A DNA stretch of 64,000 bases from an uncultured Ignavibacteriales bacterium (GCA_964518635.1 CAZFGK010000001.1:569-64568); one strand, 5' to 3'. Numbered from the stretch's first letter, positions 9,796 to 19,842 are shown. Numbers and translations: made by a program. Notes: a model not told the origin generated them from the sequence alone.

Positions 9796-10524
9796 TCAAT
9801 TGACAGAATCAAGAATCAGACGTCCATCCCGAAGAATCGGCAAGACCGGAAGCGCGTCAATTTCAGTCGCCAGTTCGATGTCTGAATCGAAACCGATCTG
9901 ACTCAGAAAACGACCATGTTCCCCCTGTCGAATTGTCTCCCGAATCGCCCCCTTGTTCGAGCGATACAGCAGGAGAGCCAGTGAACCAGCATCATTGTAG
10001 GTCACCCCTTTATGCCCCTGTGAAAGGAGATGGATCAGCATCCCGCCACAGAGAGTGTCTTCAATGCTGAATGACCCTTCCCGTCCAGAACAGAGAATGA
10101 CAATATCTCGCCCGCTTTCGGCCAGAAATTGACTCACCAGCGTGACATTCACCAGCGACCCGGCGACGACATGTTCAGCCGAAGCGGCTCGTAGGAAGAC
10201 TCCGGTCCCGTTGGTGGTGGTCATGATCACAATTTTGCCGCCGACCACCTCTTCGGTGAATTCACGGGGGGAGTTCCCCAGGTGAAAATTCTCTATTTTC
10301 ACTCCATTTCTCTCCCCCGCAAGAAGAGCGACATCAGCCCCGAGACGCAAACGCAGCTCCCCTGCTTCCCCGGCCCCTTCTGTCGGAACCACACCACGTG
10401 CTTTGGCATGAAGGGCGGCACAGATTGAAGTGGTCGCGCGAAGGACATCAATGACCACCACCGCTTTCTCTTCGAGCATCGCTTTGTCTATGGCTATGGG
10501 AGTGAGATAGAGATCAATATGCAT
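9796..10524 (-). CDS. comB: 2-phosphosulfolactate phosphatase family protein
   Basis: 242 aa. VVVIDVLRATTSICAAL and IVIMTTTNGT are typical of the ComB family. Confidence 0.75.
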   Translation of the reverse strand: MHIDLYLTPIAIDKAMLEEKAVVVIDVLRATTSICAALHAKARGVVPTEGAGEAGELRLRLGADVALLAGERNGVKIENFHLGNSPREFTEEVVGGKIVIMTTTNGTGVFLRAASAEHVVAGSLVNVTLVSQFLAESGRDIVILCSGREGSFSIEDTLCGGMLIHLLSQGHKGVTYNDAGSLALLLYRSNKGAIRETIRQGEHGRFLSQIGFDSDIELATEIDALPVLPILRDGRLILDSVN

Positions 10525-10535
10525 GATGATATCTG

Positions 10536-11660
10536 CTACGAGCTTTTTCTGCTTGAGTGTTTATAGAACGGGGGCTTGACTACCAACGCCGGATACGACT
10601 GCCCACGAATCACCATATCCAGTTGCGAGCCGATTTTCGAATGTTCTGACAAAACGTACCCGAGTGCAATTGGCTTTTGCAGTGATGGTGAAAATGCGCC
10701 GGAGGTTACCGTTCCGATCTGTTTTCCTGCTGCATGAATCTCCGCCCCCTGTCGAGCAATGGCTTTGCAGTCCATTTCAAGACAGACAAGACGACGGGAT
10801 GGTTTCGCATCACGCTGGGTAACGATGGTCGGTTTCCCGATGAACTCTTTGTCGAAATCGACGATCCACGAGAGTCCTGCCTCTATCGGAGTCGTCGTCT
10901 GATCGATATCGTTCCCGTAGAGTGCCATTTTCATTTCAATACGCAGAGAATCGCGCGCCCCCAGACCGGTCAGTTGCATATCATTTTGCTGACCAGCGGC
11001 GATGACTGCTTTCCAGATATCTTCGCACCAACGATTTGGAATGTAGATTTCGAAACCATCCTCGCCGGTATAGCCGGTGCGAGAGAAGAGCATCTGATGT
11101 CCGGCGACGGTACTCTCTGCCGAACTGTAATTTTTCATCGTAGCAAGCGGATACGGAGTCAGTCGCTGCATCACCGCTTCCGCCTTCGGCCCCTGAATAG
11201 CAAGCAGTCCGAGTTCGAGCGAACGATCAATGAGGGTCACTCCGTCGATGAGATGCGACTGCAGCCATGCGAAATCTTTTGCCATGTTCGAAGCATTCAC
11301 CACCAGAAAAAACCGGTCAGCAAGACGATAGACCAGCAAGTCATCGACAATCCCGCCATTCTCGTAGCACATCGCACTGTACTGAATATCGCCAACCGCG
11401 AGAGAACGAACCGAGTTGGTGGTGGTCTTCTCAAGAAATGCCAGCGCATTCGGGCCACTGACTTCGAACTCTCCCATATGGGAAAGATCGAAAAGCCCGA
11501 CATTGGTTCGGACATTGAGATGCTCGGCGATCATCCCCTGATACTGGATCGGCATTAGATAACCGGCAAAGGGGACCATCTTGGCCCCCACTGCGCGATG
11601 AAACGCCGTGAATGGCGTTTCGCGTAACACTGAATCTTCGGTTTCGGTCACGCTCCCCAC
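10536..11660 (-). CDS. gcvT: glycine cleavage system aminomethyltransferase (T protein)
   Basis: The GTG start shares 1 nt with the fbaA stop. TPFTAFHRAVGAKMVPFAGYLMPIQY and the 374 aa length are typical of GcvT. Confidence 0.9.
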   Translation of the reverse strand: MGSVTETEDSVLRETPFTAFHRAVGAKMVPFAGYLMPIQYQGMIAEHLNVRTNVGLFDLSHMGEFEVSGPNALAFLEKTTTNSVRSLAVGDIQYSAMCYENGGIVDDLLVYRLADRFFLVVNASNMAKDFAWLQSHLIDGVTLIDRSLELGLLAIQGPKAEAVMQRLTPYPLATMKNYSSAESTVAGHQMLFSRTGYTGEDGFEIYIPNRWCEDIWKAVIAAGQQNDMQLTGLGARDSLRIEMKMALYGNDIDQTTTPIEAGLSWIVDFDKEFIGKPTIVTQRDAKPSRRLVCLEMDCKAIARQGAEIHAAGKQIGTVTSGAFSPSLQKPIALGYVLSEHSKIGSQLDMVIRGQSYPALVVKPPFYKHSSRKSS

Positions 11661-12712
11661 TATGCGCTCACCTTACCGTGGAGGGTTTTCCCCTTCGATT
11701 TCAGATCATCACAGGCCTGCGAAACACGTTTCCCCATATTCTTTTCCGCTTCCTTCAGATACGCACGCGGATCGAATCGCTTCTTGTCGGCCATCTCCTC
11801 TTTCGTATGCAGGAGAACCGGTCGATACGTATCGACATGTTTCACAATTGCTTCAGTGAAATGATACTGCGTATCGGTATCGACATTCATTTTGATGACG
11901 CCATACTTGAGTGTCTCATGAATGTCCGAGAGCTCGGATCCGGAACCACCGTGAAAGACGAGGTCGAATTTAGCTGAGGCGCCAAATTGTTTGACCACTT
12001 CCGCCTGTCCATCTTTCAGGATCGACGGCTTCAAGATCACATTCCCCGGTTTGTAGATACCATGCACATTTCCAAATGTCGCGGCGAGCATATAGCGCCC
12101 GCCAATCGGATTGAGTGCGCGATAGACCTCCACCATGTCAGCCGGAGTGGTATAGAGCTTCTCGGCCTTGGCGTGAGTGTTGTCGATTCCGTCCTCTTCC
12201 CCGCCAACGACACCAGTTTCTACTTCGAGGACGATATCATTTGCTTTGCAGAGCTTCTGCAGCTCGACGGCAATTTCGAGATTCTGTTTCAACGGCAATT
12301 CGCTGCCGTCAAACATATGCCCCTGAAACAGATTCGACATGCCTGCAGAGCGGCGACGTGCGGTCTCAGCGATCAAAGGTTTGACAAACTTGTCGACCTT
12401 GGCAGGGACACAGTGATCAGTGTGAAGAGCAACAAGGATCGGATATTTCTCGGCGACGCGATGCACAAACTCGGCAAGGGCAATTGCGCCGAAGGCCATG
12501 TCCTTGACATTGATTCCGGATGCGAATTCACCGGCACCAGTCGAGAACTGGATGATTCCATCCGAACCGCTGTCGGCGAAGCCCTTGAGTGCGGCGTGAA
12601 TAGTCTCCGACGAAGTACAGTTGATCGCGGGATAGGCATAGTCCTGTTGCTGTGCAGTATCGAGCATGGCTCGGAACTGTGCAGGTGTTGCGACTGGCAT
12701 AGGTATCTCCAA
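11660..12712 (-). CDS. fbaA: class II fructose-1,6-bisphosphate aldolase
   Basis: 350 aa with LHTDHC, EVETGVVGGEEDG and FHGGSGS motifs of class IIa aldolases. Confidence 0.9.
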   Translation of the reverse strand: MEIPMPVATPAQFRAMLDTAQQQDYAYPAINCTSSETIHAALKGFADSGSDGIIQFSTGAGEFASGINVKDMAFGAIALAEFVHRVAEKYPILVALHTDHCVPAKVDKFVKPLIAETARRRSAGMSNLFQGHMFDGSELPLKQNLEIAVELQKLCKANDIVLEVETGVVGGEEDGIDNTHAKAEKLYTTPADMVEVYRALNPIGGRYMLAATFGNVHGIYKPGNVILKPSILKDGQAEVVKQFGASAKFDLVFHGGSGSELSDIHETLKYGVIKMNVDTDTQYHFTEAIVKHVDTYRPVLLHTKEEMADKKRFDPRAYLKEAEKNMGKRVSQACDDLKSKGKTLHGKVSA

Positions 12713-12727
12713 AACTCCTGATATGTG

Positions 12728-15403
12728 CTAAGCGCGCGCGAGTTGACGAATCACCATGGGGAGAATTCCGCCATGACGATAGTACTCGACTTCAATAGCG
12801 GTATCAATCCGCACGCGCGCCGTAAATTTCTTCTCTGTTTGACCTGATCGTGCACTCACCTGAACTGTCTGTTTCGGTTTCAATGCTGCATCAAGCCCGT
12901 GAATAGTAAACTCCTCTTCACCGGTCAGCCCAAGTGACTCACGAGTTTCTCCTGCGAGATATTCAAGCGGGAGCACTCCCATCCCGACCAGATTCGACCT
13001 GTGAATACGTTCATAGCTCTCCGCAATCACTGCACGAACACCAAGAAGCAATGTCCCCTTGGCGGCCCAGTCACGGGATGAACCCATGCCGTAATCCTTC
13101 CCGGCAAGCACAATAAGGGCTGTCTTCTCTTTCTGATAGCGAACAGAAGCATCATAGATCGACATCTGCTCATTCGACGGCAGATATCGTGTCATATTTC
13201 CTTCAGAGCCGGGAATCAGTAAGTTGCGCAGGCGGATATTCGCAAATGTCCCACGAGTCATGACTCGGTCATTCCCGCGACGTGAGCCATACGAATTGAA
13301 ATCTGCAAAGGTCACTCCCTGCTGTTCGAGAAATTTTCCGGCAGGGGAATCTTTCTTGATCGCTCCGGCTGGTGAGATATGATCGGTCGTAACTGAATCA
13401 CCGACCATGACCAGCACTCTCGCGTTATCAATCGGCTGCGAATTGTTCGGCTGCTGCTGCATGGTGAGAAAGAATGGCGGCTGCTGAATATAGGTCGATG
13501 CATCCTGCCACGGAAAAAGTTCACTCGCAGTTGACGGAATCGCATTCCAGGTCGGGTTTCCGTCGAAGACTGAAGCATATTGCTCGCTGAAAATCTCCGG
13601 TCGAACATGACTCTCGATCTCTCGCTGAATCTCAGCATCACTTGGCCATATCTCTTTGAGAAAGACTGGCTTCCCGTCCGAGTCGACACCAAGTGGTTCG
13701 GAAGTCAGATCGATATCGACAGAACCAGCGAGGGCATACGCCACGACCAACGGCGGAGAAGCGAGATAGTTCGCACGAGTGTGCGGATTGACTCGTCCCT
13801 CAAAATTTCTATTCCCCGATAAAACCGCTGCAGCGACAAGATTCCCATCCGTGATCGCTTTCACCACCGGTTCCGGCAACGGGCCAGAATTACCAATGCA
13901 GGTGGTGCAGCCGAATCCCACGATATTGAATCCAAGTGCTTCCAGCGGCTTCATCAAGCCGGAACGCTCCAGATAGGTACCGACCACGCGTGATCCGGGG
14001 GCGAGGGATGTCTTCACATACGGTTTCGATTTCAATCCGCGCGCGACTGCTTTCTTCGCAAGAAGTCCTGCGGCGATCAGCACGGCCGGATCGGAGGTAT
14101 TCGTACAGGAGGTAATCGCCGCTATCACCACGGCGCCGTGACCGATAGAACTCGATGTCCCGTTCTGAACTGCCGCCGTGCGAGTCTTCTCTGTAGCAGC
14201 CAGTTCAAAACCGCGATCCCTGATCGGCTTAGTGAGTGATTCGACAAAATCCTGCTTCATGTGGTGTAGTGTCACGCGATCCTGCGGACGTTTCGGTCCC
14301 GCAAGGCAGGGTTCGATACTATTGAGATCGAGAGAAATCGTGTCAGTAAATCGAAACTCCGGCTGATTCTTCTCGCGGAACAGCCCCTGCTTCTTGCAGT
14401 ATGCTTCCACAAGCGCGATTTCCGATTCGGTTCTTCCGGTCAGACGGAGATAGGCGAGAGTTGTATGATCGACCGGGAAGTAAGAGACGGTCGCGCCGAA
14501 TTCTGGCGTCATATTTCCAATCATCGCGCGTGTCGGCAGTGAGAGATGATCAAGTGCCGGACCGTAAAATTCGACGAACTTGTTCACCACCCCTTTTTTG
14601 CGAAGAATCTGCGTGATAGTCAGGACCAGATCAGTGCCGGTGACACCATCCCGAAGTTTTCCATCAAGTCGAAAGCCAATAATCTCCGGGGCATTCATAT
14701 ATCCCGGCTGACCGAGCATGGCCGCTTCTGCTTCGATCCCGCCAACTCCCCAGCCAACGACGCCGAGACCATTGATCATAGTGGTATGACTATCGGTGCC
14801 GAGAACGGTGTCGGGATACGCCATTCCATCTCGAACCATAATCACTTTCGAGAGATATTCAAGGTTCACCTGATGCACAATTCCGGTTGCAGGCGGAACG
14901 ACTCGGAAATTCTGAAATGCACGCTGCCCCCAGTGCAGAAACTCGTACCGTTCACGATTCCGTTCGAATTCAAGCGCCATATTGATACTGAGGGAATCAT
15001 CCGCCCCATAGGCATCAACCTGCACCGAGTGATCAATCACCAGATCGACCGGAATGAGCGGATTGATCTTTTTCGGATCACCACCAAGTCGTTTCATCGC
15101 ATCCCGCATCGCCGCCAGATCAACAATCGCCGGAACTCCGGTAAAATCCTGCAGGATCACTCGAGCTGGCTTGAATGGGAGTTCGATATCGGTCGGTTTC
15201 GACGGATCATACGACGCTGCGCGGACGAGATCCTCATCGGTGATCACCTGATCATCAATATTTCGGAGAATCGATTCGAGCAGTATTCTGTACGTAAACG
15301 GCAGCGTTGCCAGATTGGTCAGGGATGAAATTGATGATAGTGGACAATACGTAACCTGCTGACCAGCAACAGAAAGTGTCTCAAGTGTGCGGAATCGACT
15401 CAT
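12728..15403 (-). CDS. acnA: aconitate hydratase A
   Basis: 891 aa with [42 protein letters not shown] and [10 protein letters not shown] Fe-S ligand motifs. Confidence 0.9.
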   Translation of the reverse strand: MSRFRTLETLSVAGQQVTYCPLSSISSLTNLATLPFTYRILLESILRNIDDQVITDEDLVRAASYDPSKPTDIELPFKPARVILQDFTGVPAIVDLAAMRDAMKRLGGDPKKINPLIPVDLVIDHSVQVDAYGADDSLSINMALEFERNRERYEFLHWGQRAFQNFRVVPPATGIVHQVNLEYLSKVIMVRDGMAYPDTVLGTDSHTTMINGLGVVGWGVGGIEAEAAMLGQPGYMNAPEIIGFRLDGKLRDGVTGTDLVLTITQILRKKGVVNKFVEFYGPALDHLSLPTRAMIGNMTPEFGATVSYFPVDHTTLAYLRLTGRTESEIALVEAYCKKQGLFREKNQPEFRFTDTISLDLNSIEPCLAGPKRPQDRVTLHHMKQDFVESLTKPIRDRGFELAATEKTRTAAVQNGTSSSIGHGAVVIAAITSCTNTSDPAVLIAAGLLAKKAVARGLKSKPYVKTSLAPGSRVVGTYLERSGLMKPLEALGFNIVGFGCTTCIGNSGPLPEPVVKAITDGNLVAAAVLSGNRNFEGRVNPHTRANYLASPPLVVAYALAGSVDIDLTSEPLGVDSDGKPVFLKEIWPSDAEIQREIESHVRPEIFSEQYASVFDGNPTWNAIPSTASELFPWQDASTYIQQPPFFLTMQQQPNNSQPIDNARVLVMVGDSVTTDHISPAGAIKKDSPAGKFLEQQGVTFADFNSYGSRRGNDRVMTRGTFANIRLRNLLIPGSEGNMTRYLPSNEQMSIYDASVRYQKEKTALIVLAGKDYGMGSSRDWAAKGTLLLGVRAVIAESYERIHRSNLVGMGVLPLEYLAGETRESLGLTGEEEFTIHGLDAALKPKQTVQVSARSGQTEKKFTARVRIDTAIEVEYYRHGGILPMVIRQLARA

Positions 15404-15547
15404 GATGATCTACGACCTTTTCCTTTCGAGGAGCGCTAGTATAGGGATGCAATTTGTTGAAGACAAGGAATCGAACTCTCACGTTTTGCAATCAATTGGA
15501 GAAGTAAATCCAGCCAAATCCCCCTTCCCTTTGGTGAGCGTTACGAA

Positions 15548-16465
15548 GTGACTCTATCTCCGACGAACTGGTATCGATTTCGACAACTGGATAGGGATCG
15601 AATCGAACTCGGTGCACCGGCAAAAATAAATCTCTTCCTGAAAATCCCCGGCAAAAGACCGGATGGCTATCACTTCATCCAGTCACTCATGCAGACCGTC
15701 GACTGGTTTGATACTATCACAATCTCGAAATCTGACGAGCCGGAATGCGCTTTGATGGTCATCACCGACGGCCCCCCGCTCGGAGCTGGTTCTGATAATC
15801 TGGTGCAGAAATCGTACGATGCTCTCAAGGAGAAATTCGCTGAACTTCCCGGAGTCGAAATCACCCTGAAGAAGAGTATCCCGATGGAGGCCGGACTTGG
15901 CGGCGGATCGAGTGACGCCGCCGCCACACTCTTTGGGCTGAATGTACTCTTCCAACTAGGCCTTTCTGATCAGGAACTTGCCGAAATTGGGGCTACCATC
16001 GGCTCAGATATCCCCTTTTTCTTCTCAACCGGCAGTGCGCTCGTTTCAGGACGTGGGGAGATTTTCGAAAGCACCCCCCTCCCGCATGATTATTGGGTCG
16101 TGATCGCAAAGCCGACCGTCGGACTTTCGACCGCCGAGGCATTCCGTGCACTCGGACGGCAATTGACAGTCTCGCCGGAAATGACTACCCTACCAGACCT
16201 GACCAATTCGGAGTCGCTGATTGAGTGGCTATCGTTGCTGGACAACGACTTCGAAGAGTGGGCACTGGAGCGACTTCCCGTGCTGGAGTCTGTTCGAAAA
16301 AGACTCCGCTTATCCGGTGCACAGCTTGTTCGATTAAGCGGGTCAGGGTCTGCCATGTTCGGTCTCTTTAGGGAAAGACCGAACGACCAATGGCTATTCG
16401 GGGAGTCAAAGGATACGGCGTTGATCGGTGTGCAGACTCAGCTCTGCAGACCAATCCAACGCTAA
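15548..16465 (+). CDS. ispE: 4-diphosphocytidyl-2-C-methyl-D-erythritol kinase
   Basis: APAKINLFLKI..RPDGYH and the GHMP kinase loop PMEAGLGGGSSDAAA. GTG start. Confidence 0.85.
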   Translation: MTLSPTNWYRFRQLDRDRIELGAPAKINLFLKIPGKRPDGYHFIQSLMQTVDWFDTITISKSDEPECALMVITDGPPLGAGSDNLVQKSYDALKEKFAELPGVEITLKKSIPMEAGLGGGSSDAAATLFGLNVLFQLGLSDQELAEIGATIGSDIPFFFSTGSALVSGRGEIFESTPLPHDYWVVIAKPTVGLSTAEAFRALGRQLTVSPEMTTLPDLTNSESLIEWLSLLDNDFEEWALERLPVLESVRKRLRLSGAQLVRLSGSGSAMFGLFRERPNDQWLFGESKDTALIGVQTQLCRPIQR

Positions 16466-16498
16466 TGCACGGGTACCGGTCTGTCGTGGGAGGACGGC

Positions 16499-16798
16499 GT
16501 GGTGATCACCGAAATACGGGTGACCCTGCGGGATGAAGACAAGCTCAAGGGCTTCGCGAACATAACCTTCGACGAAGCATTTGTGGTCCGAGGCCTGAAG
16601 ATCATTCAGGGGGAGGACGGCTACTTTGTCTCTATGCCCAGCCGTAAACGCCCCGACGGGAAGTATCAGGATATCGCCCATCCGGTCAACCAGGAGATGC
16701 GCGACCTGATCGAACGACTCGTACTCGAGGCCTACGAAGCCGAACTGAAACTCCGGGCTTCCATGCCGGATGAAAGTATGATGACCGAGGAAAGTTAA
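16499..16798 (+). CDS. spoVG: septation protein SpoVG
   Basis: ITEIRVTLRDEDKLKGFANITFDEAFVVRGLKIIQGEDGYFVSMPSRK is near-canonical SpoVG. The start may be the second GTG at 16502. Confidence 0.85.
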   Translation: MVITEIRVTLRDEDKLKGFANITFDEAFVVRGLKIIQGEDGYFVSMPSRKRPDGKYQDIAHPVNQEMRDLIERLVLEAYEAELKLRASMPDESMMTEES

Positions 16799-16845
16799 GG
16801 ACTTGTCCGTTCGGCTCCGAGGATGCACTTTGGGGGTGCTCATTT

Positions 16846-16917
16846 TGGGGCGTCGACAAGTGGCAAGTCAGCAGCCTTTGGAGCTGCCATTCCTTGGTTC
16901 GAATCCAAGCGCCCCAG
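16846..16917 (+). tRNA. tRNA-Gln (anticodon TTG)
   Basis: I folded the cloverleaf by hand. The acceptor stem is TGGGGCG/CGCCCCA with the U1-A72 pair typical of tRNA-Gln. The D arm is GAC-AAGTGGCAA-GTC. The anticodon arm is GCAGC-CTTTGGA-GCTGC. The T arm is CTTGG-TTCGAAT-CCAAG, and the discriminator is G. The total is 72 nt, and CCA is not encoded. Confidence 0.85.
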
Positions 16918-16999
16918 TTCTTTGAAACACCAAAATTTTCGCTGACACGCTCCCTGTGGGCATCAGCAATGCGAGAGGCAACGAAATGTTGAGGGTAGC

Positions 17000-17965
17000 A
17001 TGATTATCCGCAATGACATCAAGATCGTAACCGGCAACGCCAATCCTACATTGGCGCGACGTATCGCCGCACAGCTCGAAATCCCCCTGACCAAATGCCA
17101 GGTAGGTCGATTCTCGGACGGCGAAGTCGAAGTCCAGATCAACGAAAATATCCGCGGCGCAGATCTGTTCGTCGTGCAGCCGACCAACGCCCCGGCTGAA
17201 AATCTCATGGAACTTCTGATGATCATCGAAGCGGCTCGTCGCGCTTCCGCGATGCGTATCACCGCCGTCATGCCCTACTACGGCTACGCCCGTCAGGATC
17301 GGAAAGATCGTCCCCGCGTCCCGATCACCGCCAAGCTGGTCGCGAATCTCATTACAACTGCCGGCGCAGATCGAATCATCACCATGGATCTTCATGCTGG
17401 ACAGATACAGGGATTTTTTGATCTACCGCACGATCACTTGTATTCATCGATCCTGGTCAATGACTATGTCCGCAGTCTGAATCTAAAAGACCTGACAGTG
17501 GTCACTCCTGATGTCGGCTCGATCAAACTCGCTCGCGCTACTGCCACCGCCTTGAATGCCGAACTCGCCATCGTTGATAAGCGACGCCCGAAACCGAATG
17601 TCTCACAGGTGATGAACCTGATCGGAGATGTCGAGGGACGAAATATTCTGATTCGTGATGACATGATCGACACCGGTGGAACGATCTGTCAGGCGGCGCA
17701 GCATTTGAAAGACGAAGGCGCGCTCGAAATTTATGCTGCCTGTACACACGGTGTGCTCTCCGGTAAAGCAATCGAACTCATCGAGAAATCGCCGATTCAG
17801 AAGATGATCATCACTGATTCGATCGATCAGTCTCATCGTGCTCCGAGTCCTAAGCTGGAAATTCTCACCTGCGCTGAACTCATCGGCGAAGCGATCAGAA
17901 GAATTTCGGACGAAGAGTCACTCTCGAGTCTGTTTGAGGAGAGTTCGCCGGTTTCACAAAATTAG
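17000..17965 (+). CDS. prs: ribose-phosphate pyrophosphokinase
   Basis: GNANPTLARRIAAQLEIPL, DLHAGQIQGFF and the PRPP loop ILIRDDMIDTGGT. Confidence 0.9.
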   Translation: MIIRNDIKIVTGNANPTLARRIAAQLEIPLTKCQVGRFSDGEVEVQINENIRGADLFVVQPTNAPAENLMELLMIIEAARRASAMRITAVMPYYGYARQDRKDRPRVPITAKLVANLITTAGADRIITMDLHAGQIQGFFDLPHDHLYSSILVNDYVRSLNLKDLTVVTPDVGSIKLARATATALNAELAIVDKRRPKPNVSQVMNLIGDVEGRNILIRDDMIDTGGTICQAAQHLKDEGALEIYAACTHGVLSGKAIELIEKSPIQKMIITDSIDQSHRAPSPKLEILTCAELIGEAIRRISDEESLSSLFEESSPVSQN

Positions 17966-18032
17966 CGAAACGCTGCGTTCGACGAGAATACAACATGAAC
18001 AAAAATGCGAAACACTATAGAATGGAGATGAG

Positions 18033-18761
18033 ATGAAAGAAGTATCTCTCGCTGTGCATCCGCGCGGCGGAACCGGAACTGGCGCGGCTCGCACGAGTCG
18101 AGTCCAGGGGAATATTCCGGCAATCATGTACGGTCCGGAGCTTGAAAAGCCGATGCCGATAGCAGTCAATGACAAGGAATTTCGTACGGTCATGAAAGGA
18201 GTGCAGGGTGGAAACGCCATGTTCAATCTTTCACTGAACGGCACCGTCCGAAAAGCGATTTTACGCGAAATCCAGCGGGATAAAATTACCAGCCGTGTGA
18301 TCCATGTTGATTTTCATGCGATCTCGCTCACTCGTCCGCTGCATATTCGCATTCCGATTCATGTCAGCGGCACTCCGCTTGGTGTGAAGAATGAAGGGGG
18401 CGTATTGCAGCTCACCAAACGTGATGTCGAAATCTCCTGCTTGCCTGCGGATATTCCGGAGTTTGTTGAGATCGATATCAGCAACATGAATATCGGCGAT
18501 TCGATTCACGCCCGTGATCTGAACATCCCGAACGCGAAGATTCTGGAAGATGAAGATCAGACCTTTGTGGTGGTCTCGGCACCGACTGCGGCGGAAGCAA
18601 CTCCGGCTGCAGCAGCTGCGGCGGAAGCTACCCTAGCAGCGGCTGCACCAGCAGCTGGTGCGAAGGGCGCGGCCCCGGGTCAGGCCCCTGCCAAGGGTGC
18701 GGCTCCCGGAGCTGCTCCGGCAAAGGGCGCGGCCCCTTCCGCCCCTGCAAAGAAGAAATAG
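18033..18761 (+). CDS. rplY: 50S ribosomal protein L25 / Ctc form with Ala-Pro-Lys-rich C-terminal tail
   Basis: GTGAARTSRVQGNIPAIMYG N-terminus and two-domain Ctc length. A low-complexity tail runs from about aa 182 (AAEATPAAAAAAEATLAAAAPAAGAKGAAPGQAPAKGAAPGAAPAKGAAPSAPAKKK). Confidence 0.85.
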   Translation: MKEVSLAVHPRGGTGTGAARTSRVQGNIPAIMYGPELEKPMPIAVNDKEFRTVMKGVQGGNAMFNLSLNGTVRKAILREIQRDKITSRVIHVDFHAISLTRPLHIRIPIHVSGTPLGVKNEGGVLQLTKRDVEISCLPADIPEFVEIDISNMNIGDSIHARDLNIPNAKILEDEDQTFVVVSAPTAAEATPAAAAAAEATLAAAAPAAGAKGAAPGQAPAKGAAPGAAPAKGAAPSAPAKKK

Positions 18762-18803
18762 TCAGCGAATATTCGCTGACGAGTTTCACATTGAATACAA
18801 AAC

Positions 18804-18829
18804 GACGGTCGCGAGGCCGTCTTTTTTTT
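18804..18829 (+). terminator. rho-independent terminator after rplY
   Basis: GACGG (18804-18808) pairs with CCGTC (18817-18821) and is followed by T8 (18822-18829). Confidence 0.7.
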
Positions 18830-18928
18830 GTGCAGCTCTTTTACCCTAGCCTCATTCTGGCTGCAGCTGAGAAGCGGGTCTGGAATGGCCTAGAATGTCA
18901 ACTCTATTATACAATATGTAAAGTTTAC

Positions 18929-18956
18929 TTGACATTTCTGATTCTGTGCTTATCAT
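18929..18956 (+). promoter_or_regulatory. sigma70-like promoter candidate for the membrane-protein/XRE pair
   Basis: TTGACA (18929-18934), a 16-nt spacer, then TATCAT (18951-18956), about 25 nt upstream of the ATG at 18982. A TACA-ATA-TGTA palindrome lies just upstream (18910-18920). Confidence 0.4.
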
Positions 18957-18981
18957 ACATGCAAGAATGGAGATGTTTAAC

Positions 18982-19371
18982 ATGACAAATCAAAAGACTG
19001 CTAAGTCGAACACATTGATCGCGTGCCTGCTTCTAGTAGTGTCCTATGCCGGGGCACGTCTATTTCTCGAACGCACCGATCTGTCAGAATGGGTAAGAAT
19101 AACTCTCGCAGTACTACCTCTTCCATTTTTCATTTGGTTTCTCTGGAGCTTTATAAAAATGCAAAGAGAAGGGGACGAGCTAGAGCGAAAAATTCAGCTC
19201 GAAGCTCTGGCTTTCGCATTTCCGTCTGCTCTTGTATTGCTGATGACGTTGGGGCTACTTGAAAGAGCGATTGGCCTGAACCCCGAGAACTTCGGAATCA
19301 CCCATGTTTGGCAGTATCTCCCCATACTCTATTTCGGCGGGGTCGCGATTGCGTCGAGGAGGTACCGTTGA
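18982..19371 (+). CDS. small membrane protein (about 4 TM helices), unknown function
   Basis: I chose the ATG at 18982 because GGAG lies 9 nt upstream. There are four hydrophobic helices. The stop TGA (19369-19371) overlaps the TTG start of the next gene. Confidence 0.55.
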   Translation: MTNQKTAKSNTLIACLLLVVSYAGARLFLERTDLSEWVRITLAVLPLPFFIWFLWSFIKMQREGDELERKIQLEALAFAFPSALVLLMTLGLLERAIGLNPENFGITHVWQYLPILYFGGVAIASRRYR

Positions 19372-19568
19372 AAAATCGACTCAAAGTCGAACGTGCCGAG
19401 CGAGACTGGTCTCAACAGGATCTGGCAGATCGATTATCTGTCTCACGACAAACTATCAATGCGATCGAGACCGGGAAATATGACCCAAGTCTTACTCTAG
19501 CTTTTCGAATAGCAGAACTTTTTGAAACATCAATCGAGGCTATGTTTATTCCTGACAGTGTGGAATGA
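19368..19568 (+). CDS. XRE-family helix-turn-helix transcriptional regulator (66 aa)
   Basis: The TTG start at 19368 is preceded by GAGGAGG. (L)KNRLKVERAERDWSQQDLADRLSVSRQTINAIETGKYDPSLTLAFRIAELF is the classic short Cro/C1-type HTH. Confidence 0.8.
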   Translation: MKNRLKVERAERDWSQQDLADRLSVSRQTINAIETGKYDPSLTLAFRIAELFETSIEAMFIPDSVE

Positions 19569-19589
19569 CTTCCGCAAACGCTTGATCGT

Positions 19590-19631
19590 GGCTGAGTGAC
19601 GCACCCGTTTTAGGGTGCGAAGTCAGTGGCG
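19590..19631 (+). repeat. structured repeat family 2, copy A (forward)
   Basis: The sequence is GGCTGAGTGAC-GCACCC-GTTTTA-GGGTGC-GAAGTCAGTGGCG. The internal hairpin is CGCACCC/GGGTGCG. Confidence 0.75.
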
Positions 19632-19756
19632 AACATCTCAATCAATATGGCATCTTTTGATTGTAGAATAATCGTGTCTGAACTTGAAGGAAGTATTCGA
19701 AGAAAAACGAGACCTCTGCTAGTGAGATATGAATGTGAGATTTCGAAACGTGAAAC

Positions 19757-19801
19757 GCACGTCACCGACTTCGCACCCTAAAACGGGTGCGCCACCTTGC
19801 C
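19757..19801 (-). repeat. structured repeat family 2, copy B (reverse)
   Basis: The reverse complement reads GGCAAGGTGGCGCACCCGTTTTAGGGTGCGAAGTCGGTGACGTGC. It is inverted relative to copy A, 125 nt away. Confidence 0.75.
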
Positions 19802-19842
19802 ACTGATGATTGATAAATGCTAACTATAGAATCGTGACGAGT

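Noticed and set aside
10734-11558. Long antisense ORFs opposite gcvT; also 11987-12721 opposite fbaA, 14546-15328 opposite acnA, 16406-16843 opposite spoVG and 16868-17395 opposite the tRNA and prs
   Set aside because: Each lies entirely within a strongly supported conserved gene on the other strand. Their translations are low-complexity and Arg/Ser/Pro-rich. They are shadow ORFs.
10536-11700. Glycine riboswitch in front of gcvT
   Set aside because: The gcvT start overlaps the fbaA stop by 1 nt, so there is no untranslated region to hold a riboswitch.
19647-19781. 44-aa ORF (MASFDCRIIVSELEGS...) inside the repeat doublet, considered as a small toxin or peptide gene
   Set aside because: It has no Shine-Dalgarno sequence. 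It runs into and ends inside repeat copy B, it is not hydrophobic, and the equivalent core of the second doublet does not encode a similar peptide.
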